The translations under genes and the position numbers were made by a program. From a phage: DNA of 64,000 bases. The notes beneath the pieces were generated by a model. It searched no databases. It was not told the origin of the DNA and saw only the letters and a list, made by a program, of their open reading frames with translations. Shown one piece after another: positions 28,020 through 38,048 of the stretch. The stretch is taken from the sequence record NC_101838.1; one strand, 5' to 3'. How positions within the stretch are numbered: the stretch's first letter is position 1; each line of letters opens with the position of its first letter.

Positions 28020-31000
28020 TGCCAATTGCAATGATTGATAACATCGTTGCTTCTGCAAGATCTTCAAGTTATGACTGGAACGCATCCAAGGCAGCTCTGG
28101 CTGACAGCCTGAACACTGTTACCACCAGAACTTTGGATAAGATTTTTGAGGGCAACAAATCTTACAGAAGTCAGCAAGATAGACAAAAGCTTCTCAGATC
28201 TTCTGCTGCACCTTGCTCGGTAGTGTATGGGAAGACACGCACATCCGGATTGCTTGCGTTTTTGGAGCAGGATAGCGACAGAACCCTCCATTGTGCTATT
28301 GTTCTTGCCAATCACCCTCTGGAAGGTGTAGAAGATATACTTATCGACGGTAATCCTATTTCCTCGTATGGAGATTTGGTATCGTGGGAGCTACATAACG
28401 ACAGAAAAACATCTGATCCTTTCATGGGCACACACTGCCCATCATGGTCACCGGACATGATAGGTAGAGGGATCAGTTGGCTACGTGCCAGTTTCAAGTT
28501 TGACCCTAACAAGTTTCCTTTTGGGTTGCCAAACGTTACACTCGTTAAGGTTGGTAAAAAATGCTATGATCCTCGTATCAGTAAAGAGGTGTACACCAAT
28601 AACGCAGCCTTGGTGATCCTAGACTATTTAAGAACGTACCTTAAATGTCCTGACGAAACCATCAACTGGGAGTCCTTTAAGGAGGCCGCCAACATATGCG
28701 ACGAGGCGGTAAAAAACGCTGACGGAACCAGTGAGCGACGTTACACCATTAACGGTGAGTTTGACATGGATGAGGCCCCAGCAAGCATTATGGCAGAAAT
28801 GCTGAAAGCTTGTGGTGCAGATCTCAGCTATGTAGCTGGTAAGTATGGTTTGCTGGTTGGTGCATACTATGGCCCGGCAACAATGACACTGAGTGAGGAT
28901 TGTGTCTGTGGTGAGGTCAAGATCTATCCGGAAGCCTCATTTGACAAAAGATCCAACACAATAACCGGCAGATTCACCAGTCCTACCAAAGGGTATTCTG
29001 AAACAGATTTTCCATCAGTGTTTGTCTCAGAGTGGATAGAGAAGGATGGAGAAAGAAAGATAATCGATATAGACTATCGCTTTGTTACCAGTCCTTATCA
29101 AGCTCAGCGTGTTTCTGCAATCTTCCTAAGACGTGCCAGAGCTGGCAGGATTATTGAAGTCACCTGCAATATGCGAGGTTTCAAATTTAAACCTGGTCGT
29201 TACGTTACAATGGACCTCCCAAGTATTGGTATAGTGGGCCAAGAAATGAGAGTTCTTGAATGGGAGTTTACCAAAAAGGGTGGTGTCAAGGTAAAACTTC
29301 GTCAAGATGCTAAAGAGTGGAATGATGCCACAGGACAACTTCCGGATTCTGGCGATGTAGATATTCCAATATCTCCATCTGGTGTAGCTCAACCGCAAAA
29401 CTTCAGATATTCCGTTCTCCAAGCTGGAGAAGTAACTCACGGTGTTTTGGCTTGGGACAACGTTGGGACCTACGCTCAAAATATTGTGCAGGTAAGAAAG
29501 AACGGAGAGATTGTTTGGACAGCACAAACAGTTGAGCAGTTTGTCCGAGTAGAAGGCTTGACCAAAGGGTCATACACAGCAACCGTGGTTGCAACATCTT
29601 ATAAAGGTGGCGTATCTCCGGAAGCATATTGTGAGTTCAACATTCAGGCACCTGAAGCTCCTGTTTCTGTAGAGGTTAAACAGGGATACTTTGCTATTAC
29701 CCTGATCCCGCACAGCAGAGACTTGGCTAGTGTAAGCACCCAGTACGACTTTTGGACATCTGGGATGACAAGATTGCCAGATACCAGTGATGCAACCGTT
29801 ACTTCAAAAGCCACTCGTATGGGTGTTGGTTCAACTTGGACATCTGAAGGTCTGCAGAACGATAAGATTTATTACTGGTATATCAGGACAACAAATGCTT
29901 TTGGTTCATCTGCTTTTGTGGAGTGTGCAGCCCACTGTTACACATCCATAGAAGATCTTATGCCACAGATTGATGCTGAGTTCAAAAAGACAGAGACTTA
30001 TAAAGAGCTTACCGCCAATCTTGATAATGCAGTCAAGGAAATGGATAAAAATGTTGGTGCAGTCAATGACCGTGTTACTAGCATTTTTGAAGAGCTTGGG
30101 GACACAATAGAGGGTGTTGTCAGAGAGACGACAGAAAAATTTACAGGGGTTAATGGAGAAATTTCTGCCCTTAACAGTAAGCTGGTAGCAGCTCAGCAAT
30201 CCTTTGACGATAAACTTGCAGCAGAGTCTGGTAGGCTTGGGTCACTAATCGAGACAACAAATAGATCAACCGTTGATCTTGTTAATCGTAAAACTCAAGC
30301 ATTGAGTGAGCAAATAACTGCAACTCAAGGTACTCTGCGGGAAGAGTTGAAGAACACTGAGAGCAAACTTAACTCCTCTATTCAAGAAACCAACAAGGCA
30401 ACAACCGATCTGCTAAATAAGACAACGGAAGCTATTAAGCAGGATCTGGTGGCAGCTACAGGGAAGATCACCAAGCTGGAAGATGATGTGCAGAAAGAGG
30501 TTGCCAATCTGCAAGCATCTATTCAAGAAACTAATAGTACAACAGTTGATCTTGTTAATAATACAGCCACAGCGATCCGTCAAGAACTTACCTCTGCAAA
30601 ACAAGAAATTGTTGACGAAATGGGTAATATTGATGAGCTCAGGGCTACAGTATCTAATACCTCTAAAGCTGTAACAACACTTGAGGGTAAAATAGATGCT
30701 CAGTGGGGAGCTAAGATTCAGGTAGACTCTGCAGGGAATAAGTATGTTGCAGGTATCCAGTTGGGGATGGAAGGGTCTGGGGGCCAAGTTCAATCCTACT
30801 TCATGGTTAGTGCAAACAATTTTGCGGTATACAACCCAGGAAATGGAACAGCAACCCTTGCTTTCGCAATCAAGAACAACCAAGCGTTCTTGAAAGACGC
30901 TTTTATAGAGAACGGGACGATTTCATCTGCCAAGATCGCACAAGAAATTTCGTCAAACAACTACGATGGCAACGGGTACCATAAATACGGTTGGTATATT

Positions 31001-31618
31001 AACAAGAACGGGCACGCCCAATTTATGGATGTGTGGGTGAAAGGCAACATCAACGCCAGTTCTGGTAACTTCACAGGGGCAGTTAACGCCACTAGTGGTA
31101 CCTTCCGTGGGGATGTTTATGCCAATAATGGTAGCTTTAGAGGCACCATAGATGCAACCGGAGGTACCTTCCGTGGTCGTGTAGAAGCTTCTGTTATCCG
31201 CGCTAACCAGTTCGAAGGTGCAATTGTTGCACACAGGACTTACGGGGATTGTGCTCCAGTATATAACTCCCAGCAAAGGGTTTGCCGTTGGAGGTGGAGA
31301 TACGTAGATAACGTTTCAGGTCAGGGTAAGAACGTAACATTCTTCTTTAAACTGAATGGTACTCTTGCCAGCTCCCAACTGAATGCATGGATAGCTGGTC
31401 ATCAGATCCTTGCTGGCAAGAAGTATTTTAACGACAACAACGGCATGTGTGCGGTAGGGATAACAGGTCTGGGTGAACAAACTATAGACATTGTTATCGA
31501 GATTTACACACCGTGGTCAACGTCGAGCGTGACAGGTGTCACAATCTCCTGTCCTACTGTGATAGTAAGTCGTTCAAACTCTAGCTTCCAGGGACCTTGG
31601 AACGAGTCTCACGACTAA
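28019..31618 (+). CDS. host specificity / central tail fiber protein, lambda gpJ-like
   Basis: 1199 aa; central coiled-coil region with repeated ...TTDLLNKT.../...TTVDLVNNT... blocks; C-terminal tandem GNFTGAVNATSGTFRGDVYANNGSFRGTIDATGGTFRG repeats; follows M/L/K-like genes. Confidence 0.55.
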   Translation: MPIAMIDNIVASARSSSYDWNASKAALADSLNTVTTRTLDKIFEGNKSYRSQQDRQKLLRSSAAPCSVVYGKTRTSGLLAFLEQDSDRTLHCAIVLANHPLEGVEDILIDGNPISSYGDLVSWELHNDRKTSDPFMGTHCPSWSPDMIGRGISWLRASFKFDPNKFPFGLPNVTLVKVGKKCYDPRISKEVYTNNAALVILDYLRTYLKCPDETINWESFKEAANICDEAVKNADGTSERRYTINGEFDMDEAPASIMAEMLKACGADLSYVAGKYGLLVGAYYGPATMTLSEDCVCGEVKIYPEASFDKRSNTITGRFTSPTKGYSETDFPSVFVSEWIEKDGERKIIDIDYRFVTSPYQAQRVSAIFLRRARAGRIIEVTCNMRGFKFKPGRYVTMDLPSIGIVGQEMRVLEWEFTKKGGVKVKLRQDAKEWNDATGQLPDSGDVDIPISPSGVAQPQNFRYSVLQAGEVTHGVLAWDNVGTYAQNIVQVRKNGEIVWTAQTVEQFVRVEGLTKGSYTATVVATSYKGGVSPEAYCEFNIQAPEAPVSVEVKQGYFAITLIPHSRDLASVSTQYDFWTSGMTRLPDTSDATVTSKATRMGVGSTWTSEGLQNDKIYYWYIRTTNAFGSSAFVECAAHCYTSIEDLMPQIDAEFKKTETYKELTANLDNAVKEMDKNVGAVNDRVTSIFEELGDTIEGVVRETTEKFTGVNGEISALNSKLVAAQQSFDDKLAAESGRLGSLIETTNRSTVDLVNRKTQALSEQITATQGTLREELKNTESKLNSSIQETNKATTDLLNKTTEAIKQDLVAATGKITKLEDDVQKEVANLQASIQETNSTTVDLVNNTATAIRQELTSAKQEIVDEMGNIDELRATVSNTSKAVTTLEGKIDAQWGAKIQVDSAGNKYVAGIQLGMEGSGGQVQSYFMVSANNFAVYNPGNGTATLAFAIKNNQAFLKDAFIENGTISSAKIAQEISSNNYDGNGYHKYGWYINKNGHAQFMDVWVKGNINASSGNFTGAVNATSGTFRGDVYANNGSFRGTIDATGGTFRGRVEASVIRANQFEGAIVAHRTYGDCAPVYNSQQRVCRWRWRYVDNVSGQGKNVTFFFKLNGTLASSQLNAWIAGHQILAGKKYFNDNNGMCAVGITGLGEQTIDIVIEIYTPWSTSSVTGVTISCPTVIVSRSNSSFQGPWNESHD

Positions 31619-31624
31619 CCTTTA

Positions 31625-31653
31625 AAGCCCCGCTTCGGCGGGGTTTATTTTTA
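31625..31653 (+). terminator. intrinsic terminator after J-like gene
   Basis: AAGCCCCGC / GCGGGGTTT stem, TTCG loop, TTTATTTTTA tail. Confidence 0.7.
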
Positions 31654-31661
31654 TGCTCAGA

Positions 31662-31690
31662 TTGACTATTGTTACAAAATTTGGTAAAAT
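31662..31690 (+). promoter_or_regulatory. sigma70-like promoter (TTGACT-17-TGgTAAAAT)
   Basis: -35 31662-31667, -10 31685-31690; follows terminator after J-like gene. Confidence 0.55.
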
Positions 31691-31723
31691 ACCTTGTAGA
31701 GATTTTCATACCGGAGGAGTGAC

Positions 31724-33214
31724 GTGGCTAAGTATGGATTGACAGAGGCTGGTTTCGTTATACCAACCCTAAATGACCTAATCGTTGAAACTAAGCAAAG
31801 CCTGATCCGTGCTTTTGGCGAAAACTTCAACGTACAAAGTAACTCCGTTGCAGATAAGCTGACCACTATTTTCAACGAGCGAGAGTATCAACTTATTCTT
31901 ATGGCAGCATCTGTATACGCATCACAGACGCTGTATGGGGCAGAAGGTATTTACCTGGATGAGCTTCTTGGAAGACAGGGTATTTACCGAAGAGGCCGTT
32001 CTAAATCATCAGGTACCTGCCAGTTGACAATCAACACAACTGTGCCGTACAATATGATTTATGATTCCAAAACTTATACGCTAGACAGTGGCAACTTTGT
32101 TCTTAGCAACGATGTGCAAGTAGCAGGGAATCTTATTGCTCACAGAATAAATGCTCCAGACCTAAGGATTGGGAAATACAACTTCCAAATTACCAACCAG
32201 ACAGATGGAAGTATCAAAACAAAAAGCCTGGTTTTAACAGATAAGTCTCTGGACTCTTCTGATTTGCCAAGCTTTTACGGAGAGATTAAGCAATTCATTG
32301 TCGATAATACAACCCTGTTGAACGACGATTTGATTCAGATCGATATGTTGACAGGAACGTTGTGGATAGGGTACAATTCGAATCTTGATCAAGTTGGACT
32401 TAACAGCAGGGTAGATTTCAGAGTATCCCCGATTGTAGGGGAAAGAACTATCACACTGGATGTTATCGCTAACGAGGCTGGTGAGCTGTCAAGAGAGGCA
32501 GAAACCGTGACAACAATGTCACCTACTCCTAGTGGATTTATCAAGCTTACCAACAGAGAAAGATTCAATGAGGGCAGGGATGTTGAGAAAGACTCAGAGT
32601 ATCGCTTAAGAGCTTCCAGCACAAAACAGTTAACATCTAAGGCTACCCGTCCTGCAATCCTTAGCGCTGTAAGCGAGGTGAAAGGTGTTGAGAAAGTGAG
32701 AGTGTTCTCCAACAACACCGATAAAACTGATGCTAAAGGTATACCTCCTTACAAGTTCCAAGTGGTTGTGTTTGGTGGTGCAACGGAGGACATTTGCCAG
32801 GCACTTTACCAAACTATAGCTTGTACGAACAGGACTTATGGTAATATTTTCTACGATGTCACTACATCTGACGGTCAAACTGAAAGAATTTATTACTCCA
32901 AGGCAAATACCTACCGCCTAGATGTAAGAATTACCTACTCCGGTGCTGCGCTTTCTACAACCGAAAAAGATGCCATTGTAGAGGCTCTTTTGCAGGTTGT
33001 TAACGGACTGGATGTTGCAGATACGTTGTATAATATCCAATTGGTAGGTGCTGCATCTGCTGCTGTGTCAATAGGTAGATTTAATAGACTGGTAATTCAA
33101 GTTAAACCAGTAGGGGCTTCTGATGAAGCTTACACTACAAACGATATTGTTGCGAACATGACCGAGGTGTTTGACCTCGACGAAAGTAATATAACTTTCC
33201 AACAAACTATTTAA
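31724..33214 (+). CDS. baseplate wedge protein, J-like (gp6/gpJ family, putative)
   Basis: 496 aa; GTG start with GGAGGA RBS downstream of promoter 31662-31690; N-terminus GLTEAGFVIPTLNDLIVETKQSLIRAFGENF resembles Baseplate_J family. Confidence 0.45.
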   Translation: MAKYGLTEAGFVIPTLNDLIVETKQSLIRAFGENFNVQSNSVADKLTTIFNEREYQLILMAASVYASQTLYGAEGIYLDELLGRQGIYRRGRSKSSGTCQLTINTTVPYNMIYDSKTYTLDSGNFVLSNDVQVAGNLIAHRINAPDLRIGKYNFQITNQTDGSIKTKSLVLTDKSLDSSDLPSFYGEIKQFIVDNTTLLNDDLIQIDMLTGTLWIGYNSNLDQVGLNSRVDFRVSPIVGERTITLDVIANEAGELSREAETVTTMSPTPSGFIKLTNRERFNEGRDVEKDSEYRLRASSTKQLTSKATRPAILSAVSEVKGVEKVRVFSNNTDKTDAKGIPPYKFQVVVFGGATEDICQALYQTIACTNRTYGNIFYDVTTSDGQTERIYYSKANTYRLDVRITYSGAALSTTEKDAIVEALLQVVNGLDVADTLYNIQLVGAASAAVSIGRFNRLVIQVKPVGASDEAYTTNDIVANMTEVFDLDESNITFQQTI

Positions 33215-33225
33215 GGCGGCGAGAT

Positions 33226-33912
33226 ATGGCAGAGATTAAGTCGGATGTTAACCACATCCACACTCTGCCAGATTTTGTTCAGGGAGGTCTTGACTACCTA
33301 CCTGGAGATTTTCTGGCTGAGAAGGTTAATTTAGTCACATTCTTAACCGTATACCTTAAAAGGTTGGAGGATGTTGATAAGATGCTGGTAGGTTTGGCTG
33401 AAGGAAGATTGCTTAACAATGCCAGCGGAAGATACCTTGACGAAGTTGGTAATCAACTTGGTATTCTTAGGAATGGACTTTCAGATGCTGATTTTCGTGC
33501 CACACTAATTATTCAGCAGGCCGCAGCATCAAGGGGCGGGACTCGCGAAGATGTCATCTCCACCTTGCGACAATTGTTCGGAAGAGACAATTTCGATACG
33601 TGGAAAGGAGACAACTTCAGGTTTGACATAAATATTAGAAAAACTTGCTTTGACATATTGCAGTCTATCGATCAGATCTTAGATATGCTACCATTGCCTT
33701 GTCATTTGCGTCTTACAGAATCGCAAGGGCAAGCTTTTGGTTTTGAAGGGGACTCTACAGCTCTGGGCTTCGGATCAGTGTGGGAAGAAAACCAATTCGG
33801 AGTTGGTGGGCTGGCTACTTTGCTATATGTTCCTGACGTAAGACCTGATTGGGACACCACAACCATTTATTGTGAAAGTATTACAGTAAACGCAACTAGA
33901 CAGGAGGGTTAA
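33226..33912 (+). CDS. baseplate protein, gpI-like (putative)
   Basis: 228 aa directly after J-like gene as in P2/Mu baseplate operons. Confidence 0.35.
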   Translation: MAEIKSDVNHIHTLPDFVQGGLDYLPGDFLAEKVNLVTFLTVYLKRLEDVDKMLVGLAEGRLLNNASGRYLDEVGNQLGILRNGLSDADFRATLIIQQAAASRGGTREDVISTLRQLFGRDNFDTWKGDNFRFDINIRKTCFDILQSIDQILDMLPLPCHLRLTESQGQAFGFEGDSTALGFGSVWEENQFGVGGLATLLYVPDVRPDWDTTTIYCESITVNATRQEG

Positions 33913-35984
33913 TGGCAACAGCTGTTTTTAAACCTTACCGTGATTACTCTACAATGGCTGCACAGTTTCATTACCGCACAGTTCAGGATACTGCCGTTCC
34001 TGGTAGAGATTATGATCATGTTGAGGGCGATGTAACTATCCCAGTTGGGGCAACCAGTATTGAGATCCCAGTGGAAATTGTTGACAAATTACCCAACAGG
34101 TTGCCAAGAAGCTTCTTTATGGAGTTTTCATCAAAATCTCAAGGAGTGATGATTGGAACACAAAGGGCGAAATGTACAATAGTTTCAGATGAGAATCTTG
34201 ACAGGATATCTTGGGATACTGTTGAGGAGAGAATGTTTCACCCAAGATATTGGGTTACAACCACTCAGCAGACTGAAAGTACCTGTATTGTTGCAGATAA
34301 CAACTGTTGTATTAACCGTTTAGTGTCAAGAACATATGGAGGTATGGCTGGGTGCATTTGGGAAACAGTTGACAAGTATGACCATTTCGGTATTGGGTTT
34401 GATGATCACTATGAGATGAGAAACACCAAGCTTTGGTTCAGAATGTCAATAACCAACGCCAGCAACTTCTCCACTCCTGAAAAGATGATTATGACTGTAG
34501 ACCTTGTTGATGGCACAATCATCTATGTTCCTTTAGCTCAATATGCTGTCAGCATCTCAGAGGATAAAAATGTTGCAGAAATTCATATTGATTTTGAGGA
34601 CTGCGTCGGGATGGACCAGAACAACAACATGATGGGTGTTGATCCTCGGCAGGTGAGAAGGATTTTAATACCACTTATGCCTAAAGACTGGGTAAGTAAT
34701 AGCACAGATCCAAGAACGGAAAATGTAGAGTGTGAGTTGCGCCTAGATCTGCTTCAGCCAGACACAGGCTGGAAAATGATGCAACTTAATAATATCCAGG
34801 TGAGAGAGCACGACGTTGGGATCTGCACCGCATATGACGATATGTGGAACGTGTCCCCTTTAAGGGTGTTGAACAATATCAAGCGTCTGGGCTATACCGG
34901 AACCATAAACCATTATGTTGGTATGAGTCATTATTATGACTACACATGGTCAGGAACCCAATGGTCTATAAACAGAACAGGAGCGCTAAACGCTGCAGCT
35001 TATAAATGGCATGATGATTTTATGTACAATGCCAAACGACATAACTTCGACGTTATGCAATCTGTAAGTTTTGAGCTTTTCAGCGATGCCTGCCCGTTGG
35101 AATGGACCCAAAGAGACTGGAACGATAACTACGCTAAAACAGGGTATACACCTTGTAGCTACCTCCTGTCTCCAACCATTGAAGAGGGTATGAATTTCCT
35201 TACTGCAGTATTTAAGAATTTTGCATCAGCCGCTATGAGAAACAACCTGCCAGTGATTATGCAGGTTGGTGAACCGTGGTGGTGGTACAATACCGATACT
35301 CGTAGACCTTGTATTTATGATTACCCTACAAAACAGGCGTTTTATGATGAGACAGGCGAGTATGCATTAGATATTGGGACTATTGACGATCCTAAAACTG
35401 GCGGTGTTTACGATAAGTATGTAGCATTTTGTCGTGGTAAGCTTGGCGCTCGTATTGCTGCTATTTCAAAGGCAATAAAGGCACACGCTGCATCAGCTCA
35501 GATGACAGCTCTGCTGTTTTTCCCAACCATTATGGAAACCGAGCTTACGCAAAAGCTTAACCTTGCTGACCAATATAAAAAGGAAGCAGGTGCTCTTGAT
35601 TTCTTCTGCACCGAGTGCTACGATTGGGTGATGCAGGGAGGTATTGAAAAGGCAAAAGAGTCTGTAAACATACCTATCGTTAAGTTAGGTTGGCAACCGT
35701 CTGAAATACAATACCTTGCAGGGTTCGTTCCTAGTAAAGAGCTTGCTCCGGTATATGGTTACGACCCAACTAGGAATTACCAAGAATTTTTATGGAGATG
35801 TATTTGCGGAAACATGGCAACTATAGAGTATAGATACCCTGAGGTAAAACAGTATGTGTGGGCATACCCGCAAGTAATGTCTGACAGCATCACTGTTACC
35901 GCTAGAGATTCTACCGTGCTTCATATGGGGCAGGTTGCTCTGAAAGGGTATGTAGAAGATGTTGTCCCGCCAGACTTCTCATAA
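33912..35984 (+). CDS. structural protein with N-terminal Calx-beta-like domain
   Basis: 690 aa; N-terminal motif TAVPGRDYDHVEGDVTIPVGATSIEIPVEIVDK typical of Calx-beta domains. Confidence 0.4.
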   Translation: MATAVFKPYRDYSTMAAQFHYRTVQDTAVPGRDYDHVEGDVTIPVGATSIEIPVEIVDKLPNRLPRSFFMEFSSKSQGVMIGTQRAKCTIVSDENLDRISWDTVEERMFHPRYWVTTTQQTESTCIVADNNCCINRLVSRTYGGMAGCIWETVDKYDHFGIGFDDHYEMRNTKLWFRMSITNASNFSTPEKMIMTVDLVDGTIIYVPLAQYAVSISEDKNVAEIHIDFEDCVGMDQNNNMMGVDPRQVRRILIPLMPKDWVSNSTDPRTENVECELRLDLLQPDTGWKMMQLNNIQVREHDVGICTAYDDMWNVSPLRVLNNIKRLGYTGTINHYVGMSHYYDYTWSGTQWSINRTGALNAAAYKWHDDFMYNAKRHNFDVMQSVSFELFSDACPLEWTQRDWNDNYAKTGYTPCSYLLSPTIEEGMNFLTAVFKNFASAAMRNNLPVIMQVGEPWWWYNTDTRRPCIYDYPTKQAFYDETGEYALDIGTIDDPKTGGVYDKYVAFCRGKLGARIAAISKAIKAHAASAQMTALLFFPTIMETELTQKLNLADQYKKEAGALDFFCTECYDWVMQGGIEKAKESVNIPIVKLGWQPSEIQYLAGFVPSKELAPVYGYDPTRNYQEFLWRCICGNMATIEYRYPEVKQYVWAYPQVMSDSITVTARDSTVLHMGQVALKGYVEDVVPPDFS

Positions 35985-35996
35985 TCAGGAGATAAA

Positions 35997-37037
35997 ATGT
36001 CAAAACCTAGTTTTCCATTAGAGATTTGGGCAGAGGAGGATCAGGTTCTGCCTAACACCCACAGACAGAACAGGCTACGCCCGATTGATGATTTGTGGAG
36101 AAAAGGTTGGGATCTTGGTCAAAAGCCCTCATGTGAAGAACTTAACTATATTTTCAATATGCTCGGAACTTGGGCAAAATACATTGCTGACGAGCAGATC
36201 CCCGCTCAAGAAGGCCGTTATCTGGTACGTGATAATAACTTGAGTGATCTTTTGAACATTCCTGTTGCCCGTAGAAACCTTGGGATTATTACTAAGGAAG
36301 AGGCAGACGCCAGGTATGTAAAAGTTACAGGTGATACAATGACAGGCCCATTGGGTTTGCAACGTATCAACTTTAAAGCTGCAGAGACAGATAAGGCTTG
36401 GATAGAGACAACTATTGGCCCAGATAAGACAACTCTCGACTTTGGGTTAAGTGATAATACTGGTTCGTTTGATGATGGTGGTACATCTACGGTAGATGCG
36501 TTTCGTTGGAGATTCCAGCCAACTCAGCCGGATATTAATCCAGAGTTCACTTTGATGTACCTTAACGCGATCACGGCTAACCGTGCGCTGTTGAAAGTGG
36601 TAGGCAATGTTGAAGTTGTCGATAACATGAGGTGCAATAACCTTACTATCAGCAATACAGCAACATTCACCAACTGTAATGTGGCTAGTCAGTTGACGGC
36701 TGGGTCAGTATATGTTAATGGTGGTGCAAGTTGTGACAGTATGGTTGTAAGAAGCCAGCACTGTGTTGTCGGTAACAGAAATGTGGTGCGCTCCGTGAAT
36801 GGAGTGACGGCTAACGGTAACGGTGATGTAACGATCACTATCCCGCAGACAGGTGTGCAAGACATCAGAATCGGTGCAAGACTTGTGGACGGCGTTTCTG
36901 AGTCTCCAATCCGCAACGGCTACGTTGTCACAGGCTGGCATTTCGGTGACAAAAAAGAGATGCGTGGTTCAACTTACTGGGCAGGACCTTTACAAAAACT
37001 TGTAAACGGTCAATGGATCACTGTTAATTATGCATAG
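35997..37037 (+). CDS. tail fiber protein (paralog A)
   Basis: 346 aa; YVKVTGDTMTGPL fiber motif; C-terminus QKLVNGQWITVNYA shared with paralog at 38049; followed by tail fiber assembly chaperone; TAG stop. Confidence 0.6.
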   Translation: MSKPSFPLEIWAEEDQVLPNTHRQNRLRPIDDLWRKGWDLGQKPSCEELNYIFNMLGTWAKYIADEQIPAQEGRYLVRDNNLSDLLNIPVARRNLGIITKEEADARYVKVTGDTMTGPLGLQRINFKAAETDKAWIETTIGPDKTTLDFGLSDNTGSFDDGGTSTVDAFRWRFQPTQPDINPEFTLMYLNAITANRALLKVVGNVEVVDNMRCNNLTISNTATFTNCNVASQLTAGSVYVNGGASCDSMVVRSQHCVVGNRNVVRSVNGVTANGNGDVTITIPQTGVQDIRIGARLVDGVSESPIRNGYVVTGWHFGDKKEMRGSTYWAGPLQKLVNGQWITVNYA

Positions 37038-37051
37038 ATCGGAGGACTAGC

Positions 37052-37636
37052 ATGAAAATACTCCAAGAGTTTAAACTTTACCAACCGGGATCTGGCGAAT
37101 ACCACGCCAACAAGGAAACCAAAGAGCTGACCCCTCAAGAGGTTGAGGACTACACCGCATACACTGGGTATTTTTTACGTAATGATGATGGCGATTGGTA
37201 TGTGCAGTCAAGAACATTACGACAAGAAAATCCGGGTTGTATCTTCCTACTTGTTGACGAAAAGGGAATTCTTAAGACATCTACAGAAGAACCTGATGCC
37301 TTATGGCCTGCTCCAGGTCTTCGTGTGGTTATCGCCAAAAAAGAAGAGGTACCAGAAAACATTATGCTTCACCACGACGCTTTGCGTTTAGTTGGTGATG
37401 AATTTGTCACAGACAATGAATTCTTTGTTCAACAGGCAGAGGGTGTCATAGAGACAGAACTTGCTTGGGCTACTGCTAGAATTGGTGCCTATCAAGACAT
37501 GATTGACCTTGAATATGATCTTACTGATGACCAGAAACGTAACATCAGAGATTTGAAAATGTACAGGGTAAAACTTCTTGAAATAGATACATCTAAAGCC
37601 CCTGACATTTTCTTCCCGGAGCGACCTACCCTCTAA
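37052..37636 (+). CDS. tail fiber assembly chaperone (Tfa-like)
   Basis: 194 aa; C-terminal ...AWATARIGAYQDMIDLEYDLTDDQKRNIRDLKMYRVKLLEIDTSKAPDIFFPERP resembles Tfa family C-termini. Confidence 0.55.
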   Translation: MKILQEFKLYQPGSGEYHANKETKELTPQEVEDYTAYTGYFLRNDDGDWYVQSRTLRQENPGCIFLLVDEKGILKTSTEEPDALWPAPGLRVVIAKKEEVPENIMLHHDALRLVGDEFVTDNEFFVQQAEGVIETELAWATARIGAYQDMIDLEYDLTDDQKRNIRDLKMYRVKLLEIDTSKAPDIFFPERPTL

Positions 37637-37647
37637 GAGGAGGTGTT

Positions 37648-37962
37648 GTGGAGTTGGATTTGGCGGCATTGTACGGTATCTGCATGGGTACCGTTGTCCC
37701 GATCTGTGTATGGGCTTTCAACCAGTGGCACACCAAATGGAAAGGCATTTCCAAGAGGTTGGATGAGCTGGAGAAAGACCTCATCTTAGTGAAAAACAGT
37801 ATGGTTACAAAAGATAAACTTGATTCCGTTATAGAGACCCGGTTAAGCAAGCTAGAGGCCGATATTAACGACCTTAAGCAGGATGTCAGGACAGATGTCT
37901 CCGGCATCAGAGCCGATGTACAAAAGATTTTGCACATGCTCGTAGAGCATAGTAAAAGGTAA
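37648..37962 (+). CDS. membrane protein with coiled coil (holin- or i-spanin-like candidate)
   Basis: 104 aa; GTG start; N-terminal hydrophobic segment LAALYGICMGTVVPICVWAF followed by charged helical region. Confidence 0.35.
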   Translation: MELDLAALYGICMGTVVPICVWAFNQWHTKWKGISKRLDELEKDLILVKNSMVTKDKLDSVIETRLSKLEADINDLKQDVRTDVSGIRADVQKILHMLVEHSKR

Positions 37963-37972
37963 ACAAAGGTCA

Positions 37973-38004
37973 GAACGGAAAGGACTCCGTTCTTGCATTT
38001 TGTT
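37973..38004 (+). terminator. intrinsic terminator
   Basis: AGAACGG / CCGTTCT stem, 7-nt loop, TGCATTTTGTT tail. Confidence 0.55.
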
Positions 38005-38021
38005 CCCTAAAGTGTTAAAAT
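37993..38021 (+). promoter_or_regulatory. sigma70-like promoter (TTGCAT-17-TGtTAAAAT)
   Basis: -35 37993-37998, -10 38016-38021; follows terminator; upstream of fiber paralog B. Confidence 0.5.
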
Positions 38022-38048
38022 AGTCCTAAGGAATTTTCTCAGGAGAAC

